Source: Antedon mediterranea
Lineage: Eukaryota; Animalia; Echinodermata
Direction: 5' to 3'
Assembly: GCF_964355755.1 (NCBI RefSeq)
Contig: NC_092670.1
Span: forward strand, 27,702,388-27,766,387
DNA: 64,000 nucleotides
The translations under genes and the position numbers were made by a program. The notes below the pieces were generated by a model, which did not search any database, had not been told where the DNA came from, and saw nothing but the letters and a program-made list of their open reading frames with translations. This document shows positions 53,903-64,000 of the stretch, piece by piece. The stretch's first letter is position 1. Each line of letters starts with the position of its first letter.

Positions 53903-56900
53903 TTTCGAAAATCACAAAATGGTCTAAAACGTCTCCAAATGCGATTTGAAGCTATTCTGTACACTTTGCTGTTTTGTGTGAATAATTTTTGTTGAAATGC
54001 TCAAAATGGTCAAAAACGTTTTTAAATACTATATTAAGCTATTTTGTGTTCTTTGATGTTTTTGTGTGAAAAGTTTTATCGAAATGCTCAAAATGGTCTA
54101 AAACGGTTTCTAATGTGATTTTAAGCACTTTGGTGTTTTTATGTTAACAAGTTTTTTCGAAAATCACAAAATGGTCTAAAATGTCTCCAAATGCGATTTG
54201 AAGCTTTTCTAAGCACTTTGGTGTTTTTATGTTAACAAGTTTTTTCGAAAATCACAAAATGGTCTAAAACGTCTCCAAATGTGATTTGAAGCTATTCTAA
54301 ACACTTTGGTGTTTTTATGTTAACAAGTTTTTTCGAAAATCACAAATTGGTCTAAAACGTCTCCAAATGCGATTTGAAGCTATTTTAAGCACTTTGGTGT
54401 TTTTGTGTAACCAAGTTTTTTCGAAAATCACAAAAGGGTCTAAAATGTCTCAAAATGCGATTTGAAGCTATTCTGTACACTTTGATGTTTTTTTGTTAAC
54501 AAGTTTTTTCGAAAGTCACAAAATGGTCTAAAACGTCTCCAAATGCGATTTGAAGCTATTCTAAGCACTTTGCTGTTTTGTGTGAATAATTTTTGTCGAA
54601 ATGCTCAAAATGGTCAAAAACGTTTTTAAATACGATATTAAGCTATTTTGTGCTCTTTGATGTTTTTGTGTGAAAAGTTTTATCGAAATGCTCAAAATGG
54701 TCTAAAACGGTTTCTAATGTGATTTTAAGCACTTTGATGTTTTTATGTTAACAACTTTTTTAGAAAATCACAAAATGGTCTAAAACGTCTCCAAATGCGA
54801 TTTGAAGCAATTCTAAGCACTTTGGTGTTTTTATGGTAACGAGTTTTTTTGAATATCACAAAATGGTCTAAAATGTCTCCAAATGCGATTTGAAGCTTTT
54901 CTAAGCACTTTGGTGTTTTTATGTTAACAAGTTTTTTCGAAAATCACAAAATGGTCTAAAACGTCTCCAAATGCGATTTGAAGCTATTCTGTACACTTTG
55001 CTGTTTTGTGTGAATAATTTTTGTCGAAATGCTCAAAATGGTCAAAAACGTTTTTAAGTACGATATTAAGCTATTTTGTGCTCTTTTATGTTTTTGTGTG
55101 AAAAGTTTTATCGAAATGCTCAAAATGGTCTAAAACGGTTTCTAATGTGATTTTAAGCACTTTGATGTTTTTATGTTAACAACTTTTTTAGAAAATCACA
55201 AAATGGTCTAAAACGTCTCCAAATGCGATTTGAAGCAATTCTAAGCACTTTGGTGTTTTTATGGTAACGAGTTTTTTTGAATATCACAAAATGGTCTAAA
55301 ATGTCTCCAAATGCGATTTGAAGCTTTTCTAAGCAATTTGGTGTTTTTATGGTAACGAGTTATTTCGAAAATCACAAAATGGTCTAAAACGTCTCCAAAT
55401 GCGATTTGAAGCTATTCTGTACACTTTGCTGTTTTGTGTGAATAATTTTTGTTGAAATGCTCAAAATGGTCAAAAACGTTTTTAAATACTATATTAAGCT
55501 ATTTTGTGTTCTTTGATGTTTTTGTGTGAAAAGTTTTATCGAAATGCTCAAAATGGTCTAAAACGGTTTCTAATGTGATTTTAAGCACTTTGGTGTTTTT
55601 ATGTTAACAAGTTTTTTCGAAAATCACAAAATGGTCTAAAATGTCTCCAAATGCGATTTGAAGCTTTTCTAAGCACTTTGGTGTTTTTATGTTAACAAGT
55701 TTTTTCGAAAATCACAAAATGGTCTAAAACGTCTCCAAATGTGATTTGAAGCTATTCTAAACACTTTGGTGTTTTTATGTTAACAAGTTTTTTCGAAAAT
55801 CACAAATTGGTCTAAAACGTCTCCAAATGCGATTTGAAGCTATTTTAAGCACTTTGGTGTTTTTGTGTAACCAAGTTTTTTCGAAAATCACAAAAGGGTC
55901 TAAAATGTCTCAAAATGCGATTTGAAGCTATTCTGTACACTTTGATGTTTTTTTGTTAACAAGTTTTTTCGAAAGTCACAAAATGGTCTAAAACGTCTCC
56001 AAATGCGATTTGAAGCTATTCTAAGCACTTTGCTGTTTTGTGTGAATAATTTTTGTCGAAATGCTCAAAATGGTCAAAAACGTTTTTAAATACGATATTA
56101 AGCTATTTTGTGCTCTTTGATGTTTTTGTGTGAAAAGTTTTATCGAAATGCTCAAAATGGTCTAAAACGGTTTCTAATGTGATTTTAAGCACTTTGATGT
56201 TTTTATGTTAACAACTTTTTTAGAAAATCACAAAATGGTCTAAAACGTCTCCAAATGCGATTTGAAGCAATTCTAAGCACTTTGGTGTTTTTATGGTAAC
56301 GAGTTTTTTTGAATATCACAAAATGGTCTAAAATGTCTCCAAATGCGATTTGAAGCTTTTCTAAGCACTTTGGTGTTTTTATGTTAACAAGTTTTTTCGA
56401 AAATCACAAAATGGTCTAAAACGTCTCCAAATGCGATTTGAAGCTATTCTGTACACTTTGCTGTTTTGTGTGAATAATTTTTGTCGAAATGCTCAAAATG
56501 GTCAAAAACGTTTTTAAGTACGATATTAAGCTATTTTGTGCTCTTTTATGTTTTTGTGTGAAAAGTTTTATCGAAATGCTCAAAATGGTCTAAAACGGTT
56601 TCTAATGTGATTTTAAGCACTTTGATGTTTTTATGTTAACAACTTTTTTAGAAAATCACAAAATGGTCTAAAACGTCTCCAAATGCGATTTGAAGCAATT
56701 CTAAGCACTTTGGTGTTTTTATGGTAACGAGTTTTTTTGAATATCACAAAATGGTCTAAAATGTCTCCAAATGCGATTTGAAGCTTTTCTAAGCAATTTG
56801 GTGTTTTTATGGTAACGAGTTATTTCGAAAATCACAAAATGGTCTAAAACGTCTCCAAATGCGATTTGAAGCTATTCTGTACACTTTGCTGTTTTGTGTG

Positions 56901-56912
56901 AATAATTTTTGT
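53903..56912 (+). repeat. Tandem duplication of a 1,460-bp unit (17 monomers: 17x88-36), two copies
   Basis: AAGTACG at 55058/56518 and TCAAAATGGTCAAAAAC..TACTAT at 54001/55461. Edges are set by mismatches at 53902/55362 and 55453/56913. Confidence 0.92.
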
Positions 56913-59900
56913 CAAAATGCTCAAAATGGTCAAAAACGTTTTTAAATACTATATTAAGCTATTTTGTGCTCTTTGATGTTTTTGTGTGAAAAGTTTTATC
57001 GAAATGCTCAAAATGGTCTAAAACGGTTTCTAATGTGATTTTAAGCACTTTGATGTTTTTATGTTAACAACTTTTTTAGAAAATTACAAAATGGTGTAAA
57101 ACGTCTCCAAATGCGATTTGAAGCTATTCTAAGCAATTTGGTGTTTTTATGTTAACAAGTTTTTTCGAAAATCACAAAATGGTCTAAAACGTCTCCAAAT
57201 GCGATTTGAAGCTATTCTAAGCACTTTTGTGTTTTTATGTTAACAAGTTTTTTCGAAAATCACAAAATGGTCTACAACGTCTCCAAATGCGATTTGAAGA
57301 TATTCTAAGCACTTTGGTGTTTTTATGTTAACAAGTTTTTTCGAAAATCACAAAGTGGTATAAAACGTCTCCAAATGCGATTTTAAGGTATTCTAAGCAC
57401 TTTGGTGTTTTTATGTTAACAAGTTTTTTCGAAAATCACAAAATGGTCTAAAACGTCTCCAAATGTGATTTGAAGCTATTCTAAACACTTTGGTGTTTTT
57501 ATGTTAACAAGTTTTTTCGAAAATCACAAATTGGTCTAAAACGTCTCCAAATGCGATTTGAAGCTATTTTAAGCACTTTGGTGTTTTTGTGTAACCAAGT
57601 TTTTTCGAAAATCACAAAAGGGTCTAAAATGTCTCAAAATGCGATTTGAAGCTATTCTGTACACTTTGATGTTTTTATGTTAACAACTTTTTTAGAAAAT
57701 CACAAAATGGTCTAAAACGTCTCCAAATGCGATTTGAAGCAATTCTAAGCACTTTGGTGTTTTTATGGTAACGAGTTTTTTTGAATATCACAAAATGGTC
57801 TAAAATGTCTCCAAATGCGATTTGAAGCTTTTCTAAGCACTTTGGTGTTTTTATGTTAACAAGTTTTTTAGAAAATCACAAAATGGTCTAAAACGTCTCC
57901 AAATGCGATTTGAAGCAATTCTAAGCACTTTGGTGTTTTTATGGTAACGAGTTTTTTTGAATATCACAAAATGGTCTAAAACGTCTCCAAATGCGATTTG
58001 AAGCTATTCTAAGCACTTTGCTGTTTTGTGTGAATAATTTTTGTCGAAATGCTCAAAATGGTCAAAAACGTTTTTAAATACGATTTTAAGCTATTTTGTG
58101 CTCTTTGATGTTTTTGTGTGAAAAGTTTTATCGAAATGCTCAAAATGGTCTAAAACGGTTTCTAATGTGATTTTAAGCACTTTGATGTTTTTATGTTAAC
58201 AACTTTTTTAGAAAATCACAAAATGGTCTAAAACGTCTCCAAATGCGATTTGAAGCAATTCTAAGCACTTTGGTGTTTTTATGGTAACGAGTTTTTTTGA
58301 ATATCACAAAATGGTCTAAAATGTCTCCAAATGCGATTTGAAGCTTTTCTAAGCACTTTGGTGTTTTTATGTTAACAAGTTTTTTCGAAAATCACAAAAT
58401 GGTCTAAAACGTCTCCAAATGCGATTTGAAGCTATTCTGTACACTTTGCTGTTTTGTGTGAATAATTTTTGTCGAAATGCTCAAAATGGTCAAAAACGTT
58501 TTTAAATACGATATTAAGCTATTTTGTGCTCTTTGATGTTTTTGTGTGAAAAGCTTTATCGAAATGCTCAAAATGGTCTAAAACGGTTTCTAATGTGATT
58601 TTAAGCACTTTGATGTTTTTATGTTAACAACTTTTTTAGAAAATTACAAAATGGTGTAAAACGTCTCCAAATGCGATTTGAAGCTATTCTAAGCAATTTG
58701 GTGTTTTTATGTTAACAAGTTTTTTCGAAAATCACAAAATGGTCTAAAACGTCTCCGAATGCGATTTGAAGCTATTCTAAGCACTTTTGTGTTTTTATGT
58801 TAACAAGTTTTTTCGAAAATCACAAAATGGTCTAAAATGTCTCCAAATGCGATTTGAAGCTTTTCTAAGCACTTTTGTGTTTTTATGTTTACAAGTTTTT
58901 TCGAAAATCACAAAATGGTCTAAAACGTCTCCAAATGCGATTTGAAGCTATTCTGTACACTTTGCTGTTTTGTGTGAATAATTTTTGTCAAAATGCTCAA
59001 AATGGTCAAAAACGTTTTTAAATACTATATTAAGCTATTTTGTGTTCTTTGATGTTTTTATGTGAAAAGTTTTATCGAAATGCTCAAAATGGTCTAAAAC
59101 GGTTTCTAATGTGATTTTAAGAACTTTGATGTTTTTATGTTAAAAACTTTTTTAGAAAATCACAAAATGGTCTAAAACGTCTCCAAATGCGATTTGAAGC
59201 AATTCTAAGCACTTTGGTGTTTTTATGTTAACATGTTTTTTCGAAAATCACAAAATGGTCTACAACGTCTCCAAATGCGATTTGAAGATATTCTAAGCAC
59301 TTTGGTGTTTTTATGTTAACAAGTTTTTTCGAAAATCACAAAGTGGTATAAAACGTCTCCAAATGCGATTTTAAGGTATTCTAAGCACTTTGGTGTTTTT
59401 ATGTTAACAAGTTTTTTCGAAAATCACAAAATGGTCTAAAACGTCTCCAAATGTGATTTGAAGCTATTCTAAACACTTTGGTGTTTTTATGTTAACAAGT
59501 TTTTTTGAAAATCACAAATTGGTCTAAAACGTCTCCAAATGCGATTTGAAGCTATTTTAAGCACTTTGGTGTTTTTGTGTAACCAAGTTTTTTCGAAAAT
59601 CACAAAAGGGTCTAAAATGTCTCAAAATGCGATTTGAAGCTATTCTGTACACTTTGATGTTTTTATGTTAACAACTTTTTTAGAAAATCACAAAATGGTC
59701 TAAAACGTCTCCAAATGCGATTTGAAGCAATTCTAAGCACTTTGGTGTTTTTATGGTAACGAGTTTTTTTGAATATCACAAAATGGTCTAAAATGTCTCC
59801 AAATGCGATTTGAAGCTTTTCTAAGCACTTTGGTGTTTTTATGTTAACAAGTTTTTTCGAAAATCACAAAATGGTCTAAAACGTCTCCAAATGCGATTTG

Positions 59901-62900
59901 AAGCTATTCTGTACACTTTGCTGTTTTGTGTGAATAATTTTTGTCGAAATGCTCAAAATGGTCAAAAACGTTTTTAAATACGATATTAAGCTATTTTGTG
60001 CTCTTTGATGTTTTTGTGTGAAAAGTTTTATCGAAATGCTCAAAATGGTCTAAAACGGTTTCTAATGTGATTTTAAGCACTTTGATGTTTTTATGTTAAC
60101 AACTTTTTTCGAAAATCACAAAATGGTCTAAAACGTCTCCAAATGCGATTTGAAGCTATTCTAAGCACTTTGGTGTTTTTATGTTAACAAGTTTTTTCGA
60201 AAATCACAAAATGGTGTAAAACGTCTCCAAATGCGATTTGAAGCTATTCTAAGCAATTTTGTGTTTTTATGTTAACAAGTTTTATCGAAAATCACAAAAT
60301 GGTGTAAAACGTCTCCAAATGCGATTTGAAGCTATTCTGTACACTTTGCTGTTTTGTGAGAATAATTTTTATCGAAATGCTCAAAATGGTCAAAAACGTT
60401 TTTAAATACGATATTAAGCTATTTTGTGCTCTTTGATGTTTTTGTGTGAAAAGTTTTATCGAAATGCTCAAAATGGTCTAAAACGGTTTCTAATGTGATT
60501 TTAAGCACTTTGATGTTTTTATGTTAACAACTTTTTTAGAAAATTACAAAATGGTGTAAAACGTCTCCAAATGCGATTTGAAGCTATTCTAAGCAATTTC
60601 GTGTTTTTATGTTAACAAGTTTTTTCGAAAATCACAAAATGGTCTAAAACGTCTCCAAATGCGATTTGAAGCTATTCTAAGCACTTTTGTGTTTTTATGT
60701 TAACAAGTTTTTTCGAAAATCACAAAATGGTCTAAAACGTCTCCAAATGCGATTTGAAGCTATTCTGTACACTTTGCTGTTTTGTGTGAATAATTTTTTG
60801 TCGAAATGCTCAAAATGGTCAAAAACGTTTTTAAATACGATATTAAGCTATTTTGTGCTCTTTGATGTTTTTGTGTGAAAAGTTTTATCGAAATGCTCAA
60901 AATGGTCTAAAACGGTTTCTTATGTGATTTTAAGCACTTTGATGTTTTTATGTTAACAACTTTTTTAGAAAATCACAAAATGGTCTAAAACGTCTCCAAA
61001 TGCGATTTGAAGCAATTCTAAGCACTTTGGTGTTTTTATGGTAACGAGTTTTTTTGAATATCACAAAATGGTCTAAAACGTCTCCAAATGCGATTTGAAG
61101 CTTTTCTAAGCACTTTGGTGTTTTTATGTTTACAAGTTTTTTCGAAAATCACAAAATGGTCTAAAACGGCTCCAAATACGATTTGAAGCTATTCTAAGCA
61201 CTTTGGTGTTTTTATGTTAACAAGTTTTTTCGAAAATCACAAAATGGTCTAAAACGTCTCCAAATGCGATTTGAAGCTATTCTAAGCACTTTGGTGTTTT
61301 TATGTTAACAAGTTTTTTCGAAAATCACAAAATGGTGTAAAACGTCTCCAAATGCGATTTGAAGCTATTCTAAGCACTTTTGTGTTTTAATGTTAACAAG
61401 TTTTTTCGAAAATCACAAAATGGTCTAAAATGTCTCAAATTGCGATTTGAAGCTATTCTGTACACTTTGCTGTTTTGTGTGAATAATTTTTGTCAAAATG
61501 CTCAAAATGGTCAAAAACGTTTTTAAATACTATATTAAGCTATTTTGTGTTCTTTGATGTTTTTGTGTGAAAAGTTTTTTCGAAATGCTCAAAATGGTCT
61601 AAAACGGTTTCTAATGTGATTTTAAGCACTTTGATGTTTTTATGTTAACAACTTTTTTAGAAAATTACAAAATGGTCTAAAACGTCTCCAAATGCGATTT
61701 GAAGCAATTCTAAGCACTTTGGTGTTTTTATGTTAACAAGTTTTTTCGAAAATCACAAAATGGTCTAAAACGTCTCCAAATGCGATTTGAAGCTATTCTG
61801 TACACTTTGCTGTTTTGTGTGAATAATTTTTGTTGAAATGCTCAAAATGGTCAAAAACGTTTTTAAATACGATATTAAGCTATTTTGTGCTCTTTGATGT
61901 TTTTGTGTGAAAAGTTTTATCGAAATGCTCAAAATGGTCTAAAACGGTTTCTAATGTGATTTTAAGCACTTTGGTGTTTTTATGTTAACAAGTTTTTTCG
62001 AAAATCACAAAATGGTCTAAAACGTCTCCAAATGTGATTTGAAGCTATTCTAAACACTTTGGTGTTTTTATGTTAACAAGTTTTTTCGAAAATCACAAAT
62101 TGGTCTAAAACGTCTCCAAATGCGATTTGAAGCTATTTTAAGCACTTTGGTGTTTTTGTGTAACCAAGTTTTTTCGAAAATCACAAAAGGGTCTAAAATG
62201 TCTCAAAATGCGATTTGAAGCTATTCTGTACACTTTGATGTTTTTTTGTTAACAAGTTTTTTCGAAAGTCACAAAATGGTCTAAAAAGTCTCCAAATGCG
62301 ATTTGAAGCTATTCTAAGCACTTTGGTGTTTTTATGTTAACAAGTTTTATCGAAAATCACAAAATGGTGTAAAACGTCTCCAAATGCGATTTGAAGCTAT
62401 TCTAAGCACTTTGGTGTTTTTATGTTAACAAGTTTTTTCGAAAATCACAAAATGGTGTAAAACGTCTCCAAATGCGATTTTAAGCTATTCTAAGCAATTT
62501 GGTGTTTTTATGTTAACAAGTTTTTTCGAAAATCACAAAATGGTCTAAAACGTCTCCAAATGCGATTTGAAGCTATTCTGTACACTTTGCTGTTTTGTGA
62601 GAATAATTTTTGTCGAAATGCTCAAAATGGTCAAAAACGTTTTTAAATACGATATTAAGCTATTTTGTGCTCTTTGATGTTTTTGTGTGAAAAGTTTTAT
62701 CGAAATGCTCAAAATGGTCTAAAACGGTTTCTAATGTGATTTTAAGCACTTTGATGTTTTTATGTTAACAACTTTTTTAGAAAATTACAAAATGGTGTAA
62801 AACGTCTCCAAATGCGATTTGAAGCTATTCTAAGCAATTTCGTGTTTTTATGTTAACAAGTTTTTTCGAAAATCACAAAATGGTCTAAAACGTCTCCAAA

Positions 62901-64000
62901 TGCGATTTGAAGCTATTCTAAGCACTTTTGTGTTTTTATGTTAACAAGTTTTTTCGAAAATCACAAAATGGTCTAAAATGTCTCCAAATGCGATTTTAAG
63001 GTATTCTAAGCACTTTGGTGTTTTTATGTTAACAAGTTTTTTCGAAAATCACAAAATGGTCTAAAACGTCTCCAAATGCGATTTGAAGCTATTTTAAGCA
63101 CTTTGGTGTTTTTGTGTAACCAAGTTTTTTCGAAAATCACAAAAGGGTCTAAAATGTCTCAAAATGCGATTTGAAGCTATTCTGTACACTTTGATGTTTT
63201 TTTGTTAACAAGTTTTTTCGAAAGTCACAAAATGGTCTAAAAAGTCTCCAAATGCGATTTGAAGCTATTCTAAGCACTTTGGTGTTTTTATGTTAACAAG
63301 TTTTATCGAAAATCACAAAATGGTGTAAAACGTCTCCAAATGCGATTTGAAGCTATTCTAAGCACTTTGGTGTTTTTATGTTAACAAGTTTTTTCGAAAA
63401 TCACAAAATGGTGTAAAACGTCTCCAAATGCGATTTTAAGCTATTCTAAGCAATTTGGTGTTTTTATGTTAACAAGTTTTTTCGAAAATCACAAAATGGT
63501 CTAAAACGTCTCCAAATGCGATTTGAAGCTATTCTGTACACTTTGCTGTTTTGTGAGAATAATTTTTGTCGAAATGCTCAAAATGGTCAAAAACGTTTTT
63601 AAATACGATATTAAGCTATTTTGTGCTCTTTGATGTTTTTGTGTGAAAAGTTTTATCGAAATGCTCAAAATGGTCTAAAACGGTTTCTAATGTGATTTTA
63701 AGCACTTTGATGTTTTTATGTTAACAACTTTTTTAGAAAATTACAAAATGGTGTAAAACGTCTCCAAATGCGATTTGAAGCTATTCTAAGCAATTTCGTG
63801 TTTTTATGTTAACAAGTTTTTTCGAAAATCACAAAATGGTCTAAAACGTCTCCAAATGCGATTTGAAGCTATTCTAAGCACTTTTGTGTTTTTATGTTAA
63901 CAAGTTTTTTCGAAAATCACAAAATGGTCTAAAATGTCTCCAAATGCGATTTTAAGGTATTCTAAGCACTTTGGTGTTTTTATGTTAACAAGTTTTTTCG

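Larger units (their letters stand above)
1..64000 (+). repeat. Tandem satellite DNA array, 88-bp AT-rich monomer, same orientation throughout, extending beyond both window edges; probable (peri)centromeric satellite
   Basis: The TGG of the anchor CAAAATGGT starts at 31, 119, 207 (period 88) and the anchor continues to the last line. No unique sequence is seen. The centromeric assignment is inference from homogeneity, length and higher-order structure. Confidence 0.99.

Noticed and set aside
1-64000. CRISPR-like array
   Set aside because: There are no unique spacers; the whole 88 bp is repeated with only SNP-level variation, and no cas genes or leader are present.
1-64000. Variant monomer order as an encoded message or programmed diversification system
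   Set aside because: The orders I traced are explained by in-register duplication, deletion and exchange of existing blocks. No recombinase, reverse transcriptase or template/variable pair is present.
1-64000. Telomeric repeats, rDNA/5S/tRNA units, LTR or other transposon insertions, strand switches
   Set aside because: None seen; every line conforms to the A, B or C monomers in the same orientation.

Overview
The whole 64 kb window is one uninterrupted, head-to-tail, single-orientation satellite DNA array (about 740 monomers, estimated from length). I see no credible genes, RNA genes, CRISPR spacers, transposon insertions or inversions. The basic monomer is 88 bp and about 32% GC (28/88): TGTTAACAAGTTTTTTCGAAAATCACAAAATGGTCTAAAACGTCTCCAAATGCGATTTGAAGCTATTCTAAGCACTTTGGTGTTTTTA. 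The array is organised at several scales. (i) The monomer is a decayed 69-bp palindrome plus a 19-bp spacer, with ~10-bp phased A/T tracts and short perfect dyads. (ii) Fixed-order cassettes of variant monomers recur, including a divergent 252-bp three-monomer cassette spaced every 4 to 15 monomers in the intervals I measured. (iii) There are recent tandem duplications of 9, 11, 17 and 25 monomers. (iv) Near-identical blocks of 1.3 to 8 kb are copied at offsets of 12,263, 12,963, 26,218, 35,962 and 51,195 bp. This looks like eukaryotic centromeric or pericentromeric heterochromatin, but that is inference, and neither the organism nor the satellite family can be named from the sequence. The four 63-aa ORFs are by-products of a 1-bp insertion carried on duplicated blocks. 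All coordinates and difference counts come from manual marker comparison and are approximate at block edges.
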